Below, in pieces: positions 51,455-59,040 of a stretch of 59,040 nt of DNA. Each line of letters begins with the position of its first letter. The stretch's first letter is position 1. The notes beneath the pieces were generated by a model that had not been told where the DNA came from, did not search any database, and saw nothing but the letters and a program-made list of their open reading frames with translations. The position numbers and the translations under genes were made by a program. Origin of the DNA: Candidatus Kaiserbacteria bacterium RIFCSPHIGHO2_02_FULL_49_34 (GTDB lineage Bacteria > Patescibacteriota > Minisyncoccia > Phycocordibacterales > UBA918); the NCBI GenBank assembly GCA_001781205.1, contig MFLE01000017.1:1-59040 (forward strand). The letters run 5' to 3'.

Positions 51455-51765
51455 AGCGGGTGGTGATTACTTTTTTATTTTTAAAATTTTTTACTACTCT
51501 TATTAGCACTGTGGACGGTGTGGATAAGACGAGTATAACACAGGAATACAAGGTGGTTTGACGAGTCCTCTGTGTGGATAGCTTGATGAGGGGGTTGTGG
51601 ATACGTTTGGTGGAATGTGGATAACTTTATCATCTCTGTGTAAGAGAGGTGTTCGGTGTGGATAACTTTTGAGCTACCCACACCTTTTTAGGAGGTTATC
51701 CACAGGGTAGTATGAGAGTTATCCACAGAGTTTTCCACGTTATCCACAAGCTTATCCACAGTTTT
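51455..51765. other. oriC: DnaA-box cluster plus AT-rich unwinding region
   Basis: Perfect TTATCCACA or its complement at 51519, 51616, 51657, 51696, 51719, 51740 and 51752, plus one-mismatch boxes at 51573 and 51596. AT-rich tract at 51471-51505. Confidence 0.85.
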
Positions 51766-53166
51766 TTAACGGAATAAGTCGCGGATTCGGTTTATCTCTC
51801 GGGGTAATGTCTCGTCTGTCTTTAGATCTTCTTTAATACGTTCACAGGAGTGGATAACTGTTGAGTGGTCACGACCACCCATAGCAGCACCGATATTTGG
51901 GAATGAAATCTGAAAATCTTCACGGAGAATATACATAATCAGCTGACGCGGGCGCATGATATCTTTTTGACGTGTCTTTTTATGAAGATCTTCAATGGTG
52001 AGATTATAGAGTTTTGCTATTTTTTCAACAATATCACGTACAGAAAGGGTTGTTCTTGGTTTTAAGCTTACCTCTACAATTCCCTTCACTGCTTCATATG
52101 AGAGGGGTTTCCCTGCAACTTCAGATTGAATAATGACAGAATTAAGCATTCCTTCGAGTTCTCGGATATTTCCGTCGAGTGATTTTGCAATAAATGCAAC
52201 AATATTATCGTCAAGGGAAATACCACGATGTGCGAGCTTTGCTGAAATAATTGCAGTTCTTGATTCAAGGTCGGGTTTTGGGATGTCTATAATCATACCC
52301 TGATTAAAACGGGAGCGGAGGCGATCTTCAAGCCCTTCGAGAAGCGCGGGATGAATATCACTTGAAAATACAATCTGTTTATTGAGATCGTGGAACGCAT
52401 TAAAAAGATGGAAAAGCTCCTCTTGTGTTTTGTCTTTATAGGAAAGGAATTGAATATCGTCGATAATAATCGCATCATACGCACGATAGGTATCTTTGAA
52501 TTTATTTGCATTTCCTGACTGAATTGCGTTGAAGTAGTCAACAGCAAAACGCTCAGAGGTGACGTAAAACACCTTTAAGCCGCGCTTTTTAAGGCTGTTA
52601 CCTACTGCTTGTGTGAGGTGTGTTTTTCCGTGCCCTGTTTGTCCATAAATAAAGAGTGGGTTATAGACAATGCCGGGACGTTCAACAACAGCTTTTGCAG
52701 CCGCGTGGGCAAGCTGATTAAAAGGACCGACAACAAATGATTCGAACTGATATTTTGGGTTCAGATTATCAGAACGATCAACATAATACTCATCGAGTGG
52801 AATGACTGCAGAAGGAGTTCGAGCACGCATTTTTTCTTTTTCAATACGCTCCGCTTGGTTTGGTGGGGTACGATGGGTAACACTAAAATTTACACCACGA
52901 ACACCTGGTTCTTTCTCACGAAGGATGCGGAGAATTGCAGTACCAAATTTATCGCGTAGATAATCACGCACAAAAATAGAAGGAGCGCCCACGGTAATAG
53001 TGCCGGCGGCAAACGTGGTGATGAAGGTGTCGCGAAACCAAGCTTTATTTGCAGGACTTGTATCAACACTCACTTCCTGCAGGGTTTCGTCCCAGAGAGT
53101 GAGTAGGTCACGTGAGAGTTCCGACAATTCTTCGTCTTCATGCAGGGTGGCATGCTGGGTATTCAT
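51766..53166 (-). CDS. dnaA: chromosomal replication initiator DnaA
   Basis: Walker A GQTGHGKTH, IIDDIQF, the sensor region, and the C-terminal DNA-binding domain ..GGRDHSTVIHSCERI. Start taken at MNTQHATL. Confidence 0.95.
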   Translation of the reverse strand: MNTQHATLHEDEELSELSRDLLTLWDETLQEVSVDTSPANKAWFRDTFITTFAAGTITVGAPSIFVRDYLRDKFGTAILRILREKEPGVRGVNFSVTHRTPPNQAERIEKEKMRARTPSAVIPLDEYYVDRSDNLNPKYQFESFVVGPFNQLAHAAAKAVVERPGIVYNPLFIYGQTGHGKTHLTQAVGNSLKKRGLKVFYVTSERFAVDYFNAIQSGNANKFKDTYRAYDAIIIDDIQFLSYKDKTQEELFHLFNAFHDLNKQIVFSSDIHPALLEGLEDRLRSRFNQGMIIDIPKPDLESRTAIISAKLAHRGISLDDNIVAFIAKSLDGNIRELEGMLNSVIIQSEVAGKPLSYEAVKGIVEVSLKPRTTLSVRDIVEKIAKLYNLTIEDLHKKTRQKDIMRPRQLIMYILREDFQISFPNIGAAMGGRDHSTVIHSCERIKEDLKTDETLPREINRIRDLFR

Positions 53167-53261
53167 ACTAGGTAGTATAAACAATAGAAAATGAAAAAGC
53201 AAAGAGCATTCACCCTTTTTGCCCTTGCGTTTTAAAAAAAAGTAGGTATAGTACCACCATT

Positions 53262-53432
53262 ATGGCAACGAAGAAAACCTATCAGCCGAGTAAGCTCAAG
53301 CGTGCACGCACTCACGGCTTCCTTGTGCGTATGAAATCACCAAGTGGTGCAAACATTATCCAGGCACGTCGTCGTAAGGGACGCGCGGTTCTTGCGGTTA
53401 CTCCTACAAAGAAACGCGTAACGACTAAATAA
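53262..53432 (+). CDS. rpmH: 50S ribosomal protein L34
   Basis: Below the ORF-track length cut-off. My translation is [56 protein letters not shown]. Confidence 0.85.
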   Translation: MATKKTYQPSKLKRARTHGFLVRMKSPSGANIIQARRRKGRAVLAVTPTKKRVTTK

Positions 53433-53436
53433 CAGA

Positions 53437-53464
53437 AAATCCCGTGCTTTACGGGATTTTTTGT
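53437..53464 (+). terminator. intrinsic terminator or attenuator after rpmH
   Basis: aaaatcccgtgctttacgggatttttt. Confidence 0.7.
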
Positions 53465-53478
53465 GTATAATCGCAGGT

Positions 53479-53802
53479 ATGTTAGCGAAAAAAAATAGGC
53501 TTACCGTAAAAGAATTTAAGGATATATTCACAAAAGGGCGTAGGTTTCATAATGAATTAACGACACTCGTATATGTTCCGAGTGAGACATTCAAAGCTGC
53601 AGTGGTAGTTTCAGGAAAGAATACTAACATAAAGCCGGTACGTAATAAGCTTCGTAGGCAAGTATATGAAATTCTCCGGACATCTCTAAAAAATACACCC
53701 CGCACTGGAACATATATATTCCTTCTCAAAAAGGACGCACTCCGCGCTTCATATGCTATGCTATCGACATCGCTCATTGCGTTAACTAATCGTATACAAT
53801 AA
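53479..53802 (+). CDS. rnpA: ribonuclease P protein component
   Basis: MLAKKNRLTVKEFKDIF.., basic, about 107 aa, in conserved rpmH-rnpA-yidC synteny. Confidence 0.8.
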   Translation: MLAKKNRLTVKEFKDIFTKGRRFHNELTTLVYVPSETFKAAVVVSGKNTNIKPVRNKLRRQVYEILRTSLKNTPRTGTYIFLLKKDALRASYAMLSTSLIALTNRIQ

Positions 53803-53804
53803 TT

Positions 53805-54524
53805 ATGTTTTCTTACATTTGGCACACTATTTTCTTTGACCCTATCTACAACACACTCATATTTTTTGTTGATACCATACGACTACATGATGTAGGGCTT
53901 GCAGTTATTGCAACGGTGATTGTGGTGAAGGTTATCCTTCTTCCTATTGCACTCAAAGCATCACGTACAAATCAGTTGATGAAAAAGGTACAGCCGGAGA
54001 TTAAGGCGATTCAAGACAAATATAAAGGAAAACGTGAAGAATTAGCATTACATCTCATGGAAGTGTATAAGAGAGAAAAACTGAATCCCTTCTCTCCCCT
54101 CTTGATTCTTATTATTCAGATTCCTGTCCTTTTTGCCCTTTACTTTTCAGTTACCTCGCTTCCAGACATTAAAAGTGAACTTCTCTATACGTTTGTTCCG
54201 TCTCCAGAGACTATTAATATGCTCTTCCTTGGGACAATTGCTATGGATGCGCGACATATGGGGCTTGCACTACTTGCAGGTATCACCATGCACCTTCTTG
54301 CACGAGTAACTCTTCCTCCAAAAACTGAAAAGAAAGAGGGGGAGAAGCCAGACTTTATGCAAGATATGCAGGACAGTATGCGTACTATGATGCTCTACGT
54401 AATGCCGGTAGTTATAGTGGTCTTCGGTTACACCTTTGCTGCAGTAATTTCACTCTACTTTACTATCAGTAACCTTACCTCTATCGTACAGGAACTCTAC
54501 GTTCGCAAAAAAATCGCTGTATAA
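53805..54524 (+). CDS. yidC: membrane protein insertase YidC (short form)
   Basis: GLAVIATVIVVKVILLPIALKASRT..MKKVQPEIKAIQDKYKG..NPFSPLLILIIQIPVLFALY is typical of YidC/Oxa1. Confidence 0.85.
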   Translation: MFSYIWHTIFFDPIYNTLIFFVDTIRLHDVGLAVIATVIVVKVILLPIALKASRTNQLMKKVQPEIKAIQDKYKGKREELALHLMEVYKREKLNPFSPLLILIIQIPVLFALYFSVTSLPDIKSELLYTFVPSPETINMLFLGTIAMDARHMGLALLAGITMHLLARVTLPPKTEKKEGEKPDFMQDMQDSMRTMMLYVMPVVIVVFGYTFAAVISLYFTISNLTSIVQELYVRKKIAV

Positions 54525-54538
54525 GCGATTTTTTGTGG

Positions 54539-55765
54539 TTAGCGAGCAAACAACCAAAGGCTGTCGTTATTTTTATTAATCAAGAGAAGGAGGTCGTCGC
54601 GTGTAGGGTGTGCGACAAGTTTTAAAATGTCGAAGATTTGTCCTGTTTCAACCTCCGGAGATGCAGTGCTTACCAGGCGTTGGGTTTGTGTATTAAGTGT
54701 GAAGAGAATGTCATTGTGTTGTTCCTCACCCCGATACCAGCCATCAGGGTATTCTTGTGTGGGGATTTCATACGGGCGAGCACAATAGATAGTTTTTGGT
54801 GATGCAACGCATTTGTCGGTGTTAAGTATATTATGTACCTCCTGTACCATTTTTCCATTTGTAGCAAGAGTTCTGAGTTTCTTTTGCTCATACGAGGTTA
54901 TATATACATAGTCTCCTGCAGCGAATGCGGTGAGACCTAGGCTACTTTTGATAAGTGCGGTAATTCCTGTTGGGGTATATCGATAAACCGTACCGTTCAT
55001 GTGGGCGGAAGGTTTTGTAATAAGATATGTTGTACCTTGTGGTGAGGTGGCGAAATACGCTTGTGAAAATGGGATGGTTGCTTCTATAGAATCCGCGCGA
55101 GTTGATGGTTCGTAGGTGTGAATTTCACCACCATTACTTGTTGCAAGGAGGTAACGGATGTTTGTTACTCCCGTAAATGTTGCGTCTACTGTGTTGTTTG
55201 GAAGGAATGATCCTCGAAGCTCTTTCTCGCCACGGGCATTTTCTGCAATCACTCCGGCAAAAAATCGCAATACAAGCCCATCATGGATACGCATAAGAAC
55301 GCGAGACCCATTACTGTTGAATGTTGTAGAAATAACACCAGTGAGGTTTGTGGCAATCATTTTTGTCTCCATAGTGAGAAGATCGAGCTCAAAAAGAGCA
55401 CCTGTTCCCTGCTCGCTATATCGTACAGTGGTTGTTCCGGTGAAGGACATACCCACGACAGGTTTCGTTGAAAGTTGTGTGAACCGTAATTCAGGGGCAA
55501 AGACATCGGTAGGTATCTTATCGGTTGTGGTAGCTACTGCTGATGCTTCTATGCTTGAAGATATATCATCAGAAATAGCATCGTCATTACCATTAAACGC
55601 AGCTGGAGGTGTTTCAGTGCTAGAATCACTTGAGATAGGAAAAGAAGATTCCTGAACTGTTGGTAGTTGATCTTCAGCCTTTTGAATGAAAAAGACATAG
55701 AGAAAGAGACTAATAGTCAAAACTACAAGGAGAGCGCCGATAATGACAAATAATTTTTTTTGCAT
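54539..55765 (-). CDS. hypothetical membrane-anchored extracytoplasmic protein (408 aa)
   Basis: N-terminal TM KLFVIIGALLVVLTISLFLYVFFI. Last gene of the VirB4-led minus-strand operon. Confidence 0.6.
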   Translation of the reverse strand: MQKKLFVIIGALLVVLTISLFLYVFFIQKAEDQLPTVQESSFPISSDSSTETPPAAFNGNDDAISDDISSSIEASAVATTTDKIPTDVFAPELRFTQLSTKPVVGMSFTGTTTVRYSEQGTGALFELDLLTMETKMIATNLTGVISTTFNSNGSRVLMRIHDGLVLRFFAGVIAENARGEKELRGSFLPNNTVDATFTGVTNIRYLLATSNGGEIHTYEPSTRADSIEATIPFSQAYFATSPQGTTYLITKPSAHMNGTVYRYTPTGITALIKSSLGLTAFAAGDYVYITSYEQKKLRTLATNGKMVQEVHNILNTDKCVASPKTIYCARPYEIPTQEYPDGWYRGEEQHNDILFTLNTQTQRLVSTASPEVETGQIFDILKLVAHPTRDDLLLLINKNNDSLWLFAR

Positions 55766-55770
55766 ATGAA

Positions 55771-56415
55771 TTAATTCTTAGGGGAAACATTACATGCAAC
55801 AACATATCCATTACGTCCCTCTTCAGTATATGTTATATCAATGGTTCCACCATAACCTTCGCACGCTCCCTTTTTTTCAACAGCGTATTGCTCTGCTTCC
55901 TTCAGATCTTCTTCCTTGGAGCTCAACGTGCCATAAAACTTTTTCTGTATAAGCCCTGCGGAATTAATACGAGTTTGTTCAGCTGTCGCTGTAGTGGGGC
56001 TTGTGGGGGTAATAAGACTTCCTGAGGCACCAAAGATCTCAAGTGTATCAATAATATCGGGGTTGATGAAACGAAATATGATAAACATACTTGCGATTAA
56101 TGCGACACCAAACGCAACGGAGGTTATTTTACCACGGAGCATAGTTACCGTAGCACCTGACTTTTCCGTAGTGGCGTATTGGAATCCAATCATTACAATC
56201 ATCACCACTGAGGCGATTGCGGCGACAGTAAAGGTAAAAGTAATAATACCATTAAAGAACCCCGCAAGTCCGTAGGTAGAGATATTCGAAAGTGTTGTGT
56301 CGTCAGTGATGCCGGGAATACGAGTTAATGGCTGTGGGTATAGAGAATTTTGTGCATGCACAAAAAGCGGTAGGAAGAAAAGTGAGGAAACAGTAACAAT
56401 ACGCGAGAGATTCAT
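55771..56415 (-). CDS. signal peptide + two-TM protein, possible T4SS pilin-like subunit with extra C-terminal domain
   Basis: Signal MNLSRIVTVSSLFFLPLFVHA. Helices FFNGIITFTFTVAAIASVVMIVMIGF and ITSVAFGVALIASMFIIF flank a short polar loop, a TrbC/VirB2-like topology. Confidence 0.4.
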   Translation of the reverse strand: MNLSRIVTVSSLFFLPLFVHAQNSLYPQPLTRIPGITDDTTLSNISTYGLAGFFNGIITFTFTVAAIASVVMIVMIGFQYATTEKSGATVTMLRGKITSVAFGVALIASMFIIFRFINPDIIDTLEIFGASGSLITPTSPTTATAEQTRINSAGLIQKKFYGTLSSKEEDLKEAEQYAVEKKGACEGYGGTIDITYTEEGRNGYVVACNVSPKN

Positions 56416-56419
56416 AATA

Positions 56420-57334
56420 TTATTGGGTAATGGTTATGGATTTTTGAGCAGTGAGGGTATTGAATGGCCCGTAAGGAATCTCAATACGGAGTGATGCTTG
56501 TGCGGTAAGGAGTTGTCCAAGGGTAAGAAGGTGGGGGTTTTCAAGATTTGTGAGTGCTGTACCGCTAAGGAACCATTTTGGAATACTTTGTGAACCGTGG
56601 CGAATACTAGCAAGGAAGGTTTCTGTGTCGCGAAGAGGAATATAGGTATTACTGATAGGAAAATGAGAGGCAACACCATTCATATACGGATAGATTGAAA
56701 GGTGTGGGGTTTGTGGGATAAGACGTGTGCCACCTTGATGTACGAGTGTGCCTTGCTCGTCAGTGACGGTCACAGAAAGAAGTGTTTCGTACAGAGGCAT
56801 ATTTAGAGAAACACGCTGTCCCGAAATAGTGCCAGCATTCCCTTGCCCAAGCTCCCAACGGTAGCTGTACGCTGTTGTTTTTTTGCCCTGATCAAGATGT
56901 GCGATTGCCATGAAGGGTGTTTCTGCAGGAATACCCATTTTCTCCTTTATAAAAGGAGACGAAGGAACTGATGTTTCTAAAAGTATAGTAAGGACAGAGG
57001 GAGTGATGGTTTTTTCGACAGAGAAAGGTAAGGCTCCTTGTGAAACAACAGCAGAGACATGTGTTGATTCACCAACACCTTTTGTTGTAAGGGAGATGCT
57101 ACGTGTACCACTTATGTATGGTTCTCCATCAATGTACCAGCTGATGTGCTCATCAAGCACGGCGGTACCAAATGCTTCAAGGGTGAGTTTTGTGGGGGTG
57201 AAGGGTTCTGGAAATTTCGGATTTGAAGTAATGGAGATGTTTACACCTTGTGGAATGCCTTGTGCGGCTACAAAAAACGGCATACATGCAAACACGCACG
57301 TACTTATAAGAAGAAGAGGTAATGACTGTATCAT
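56420..57334 (-). CDS. hypothetical secreted protein (304 aa)
   Basis: Signal MIQSLPLLLISTCVFACMPFFVAAQG, followed by beta-rich composition. Confidence 0.6.
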   Translation of the reverse strand: MIQSLPLLLISTCVFACMPFFVAAQGIPQGVNISITSNPKFPEPFTPTKLTLEAFGTAVLDEHISWYIDGEPYISGTRSISLTTKGVGESTHVSAVVSQGALPFSVEKTITPSVLTILLETSVPSSPFIKEKMGIPAETPFMAIAHLDQGKKTTAYSYRWELGQGNAGTISGQRVSLNMPLYETLLSVTVTDEQGTLVHQGGTRLIPQTPHLSIYPYMNGVASHFPISNTYIPLRDTETFLASIRHGSQSIPKWFLSGTALTNLENPHLLTLGQLLTAQASLRIEIPYGPFNTLTAQKSITITQ

Positions 57335-57375
57335 AGAAGCAGTATACCGTCATTCTTGGAAAACGTATAGCGGTG

Positions 57376-58077
57376 CTATGCGTTTGGTGCGGTGCAGAGA
57401 ATAAATGTCCACAATACAAGCCAGGGAAAAATATTCAGTCCGGGGACAACGTCGAAAACAGGAAGCATCATGAGTGCAACAAAAGGAATTCCAGTGAGTT
57501 TCAATGGCTGTAACCCTTTTATAAACATGAGATAGATAAGTACCGCAGGATAGGCAAGTATGACACAGGCAAATGAAAGCCCTATAAAAAGCATGCCAAT
57601 TGTTTCGGTATCAACAGCAACAGAAACAAACCATGAAAGAGCTCCTGTGCCGGCAAGTGCAACAACGCCAAGTATGCCCATAAGTGCAATCAAAACAGAT
57701 ACCACACTAAGAGGGACAAGCAGCGGCATGAAAAATCGAATATTTACCGCGAGCCCCATTACTTTTTGTTTGACGGATGATTGCGAAGAGTCTTCTTCCT
57801 GGGAAGGGATTCTTGTTCTTGATGAACGCGCAGTGAGTTTTTTGAGGACTTTTTGCTGCGGAGTACCAACCGTAGATGTTCTCTTGGGGTGTGCTGCTCG
57901 TGCCTCGAGACTTTGACTCTTCGCAAAACGTGCGCCGCCTGACTTTTCGGCAGTGAGTTTTGCAGCTCGCGCAGCACGTGAACGTACTGCAGTTCCTGCA
58001 GTTTTTTGCGCAACAATACGCGCAGCACCAATAATAAGTGGGGCGACCATGGCGCTATAGTACCATGACTCGTACAA
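57376..58077 (-). CDS. hypothetical polytopic membrane protein with basic N-terminal region
   Basis: Lys/Arg/Ala-rich N-terminal ~110 aa, then four or five TM helices. Lies immediately downstream of VirB4. Confidence 0.55.
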   Translation of the reverse strand: MYESWYYSAMVAPLIIGAARIVAQKTAGTAVRSRAARAAKLTAEKSGGARFAKSQSLEARAAHPKRTSTVGTPQQKVLKKLTARSSRTRIPSQEEDSSQSSVKQKVMGLAVNIRFFMPLLVPLSVVSVLIALMGILGVVALAGTGALSWFVSVAVDTETIGMLFIGLSFACVILAYPAVLIYLMFIKGLQPLKLTGIPFVALMMLPVFDVVPGLNIFPWLVLWTFILCTAPNA

Positions 58078-58098
58078 GAAAAACGCATTGCTGCGCTT

Positions 58099-59040
58099 CT
58101 ACTGTTTTTTCTGTTGCATTGCAAGGATTTGCTCGGGGTTGGAGGTAATGATTTGATCTTCGGTGTAGGAAGCAATAATCTTGAGTGCGACATGTTTTTG
58201 TCCAGCAAAGAAGATTCCTTCCCCTACCCCGCTTTCGAGCAAAAGGAATTTTTCTTCATCAGTAAGGTTAAATACTTCCTTAAGGGTATCAACCGCGCTT
58301 GGTGATTGCTTCATAAGAAGCTGCATGGAAGAGTTGGTAATCATCGGTACCCCATACGGCGAGCGAAGGAAGTCATCCACATCCTGGGTAATCGTTGCAA
58401 TACCCATGTAATACTTGCGCCCGCGCTTTGCAAGTGAATGGAGGAACTTTGCGGTATCTTCTGATTTAAGCATCCACCATGCCTCGTCGATAACCATGAG
58501 ACGTTTCTGAAGACGACGACGAATCTGTGCCCAAATATGGTTCATGATGATGTACATCGCTGCAGGCTTCAGATCTTCTTCCATTTCACGAAGTGAGAAG
58601 ACAATGAATTTTTGTTGAATATCAACGTTGGTTGGTTCGTTCATGAAACCTGACCACGTACCCGTAGTGTACTTTTGCAGACGCTGCACGAGTGATTCAC
58701 TTCCCACCATGCCGATAAGTACCATTTCAAAGTCAGAAAGAAGTGGCGGCGGAAGTTCACGGAAGTCAGAGGTGCCATCAATATCTTTGAGAGCATAGGT
58801 TTCATGGAGAGCTTGGTCAACAATAGCCTCTTCTTCAGGCGTGAGTCCGCCGAGAATAATACGGAAGAGCCCCGTGAGTTCAATGATGTGTGTGCGGAGA
58901 ATATCCTTCGGACTTTCATCCTCTGTTGGGTCAGGAAGATCAAACGGGTTGATGTGGTTCGGTGATGAGAGTGAAATATCAATGAAACGTCCGCCGGTAG
59001 CTTCGGCAAGGTATTCATATTCATGTTCAGGGTCGATAAC
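58099..59040 (-). CDS. virB4: VirB4-family T4SS ATPase (C-terminal part; N-terminus outside window)
   Basis: The reading frame stays open to the window edge. My translation begins VIDPEHEYEYLAEATGGRFIDISL..INPFDL and continues to the Walker B LMVIDEAWWML and GIATITQDVDDF. Confidence 0.85.
   Translation of the reverse strand, partial: VIDPEHEYEYLAEATGGRFIDISLSSPNHINPFDLPDPTEDESPKDILRTHIIELTGLFRIILGGLTPEEEAIVDQALHETYALKDIDGTSDFRELPPPLLSDFEMVLIGMVGSESLVQRLQKYTTGTWSGFMNEPTNVDIQQKFIVFSLREMEEDLKPAAMYIIMNHIWAQIRRRLQKRLMVIDEAWWMLKSEDTAKFLHSLAKRGRKYYMGIATITQDVDDFLRSPYGVPMITNSSMQLLMKQSPSAVDTLKEVFNLTDEEKFLLLESGVGEGIFFAGQKHVALKIIASYTEDQIITSNPEQILAMQQKKQ

Noticed and set aside
51481-51681. 66-aa ORF between dnaA and dnaN
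   Set aside because: It lies entirely within the DnaA-box array of oriC. Its His/Thr-rich sequence is simply the translation of repeated TGTGGATAA boxes.
1-59040. Possibility of an alternative genetic code (UGA recoding, as in some candidate phyla)
   Set aside because: All recognisable genes translate full length with the standard code, Trp is encoded by TGG, and genes end at ordinary stops next to terminators. No in-frame TGA needs to be read through in any conserved gene I checked.
1-59040. CRISPR arrays, rRNA genes, intact transposase/integrase genes, toxin-antitoxin pairs or recognisable phage-defence genes
   Set aside because: I found no regularly spaced direct repeats, no rRNA-like conserved stretches, and no ORF with transposase, integrase, nuclease-helicase or other defence-type motifs that I could recognise by eye.

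Overview
This 59-kb window reads like a small, gene-dense Patescibacteria/CPR-type chromosome: roughly mid-40s % GC by eye, standard genetic code, short spacers and many hairpin terminators. It spans the replication origin, with rpmH-rnpA-yidC diverging from dnaA, a DnaA-box array (oriC), dnaN and a DUF721/DciA-like gene. Housekeeping genes include polA (runs off the left edge and is missing from the ORF track), tsaE, holB-like, murF, PBP2/FtsI, PBP1A, rpiB, a beta-CASP RNase, ndk, rpmB, rplS, clpP, rnhA, rny, engB, tyrS, an RluA-family synthase, acyP, an Fe/Mn SOD, hsp20, prsW, mscS and doxX. There are six tRNAs: Gly-GCC, Leu-UAA, Cys-GCA, Leu-GAG, Ser-GGA and Ile-UAU. Accessory content is typical of CPR: two tandem type IV pilins, ComEC plus a separate MBL domain gene, a lamin-tail/PKD surface protein, and two type IV secretion-like loci. 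The first locus is TrbL/VirB6-like plus secreted proteins at 32.9-37.5 kb. The second is a VirB4-led operon at 54.5-59.0 kb that runs off the right edge. The most unusual items are as follows. (1) A 2.2-kb GC-rich island (41.15-43.34 kb) encodes a clear CsgG/HfaB-family lipoprotein between two secreted repeat proteins. It sits against a PrgI-like gene and a VirB4 N-terminal fragment. (2) A four-copy family of about 175-nt structured elements lies next to tRNA genes, and the ends of each copy match the T-arm/acceptor of its neighbouring tRNA. (3) A MITE-like inverted-repeat family has three sites, one of which abuts the truncated VirB4 fragment. (4) A three-copy family of long intergenic hairpins shares a conserved core ending in GTGAGTG. 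(5) A 350-nt intergenic region at 2.78-3.13 kb shows nested long-range pairings. All functional calls come from reading motifs by eye; no database search was possible.
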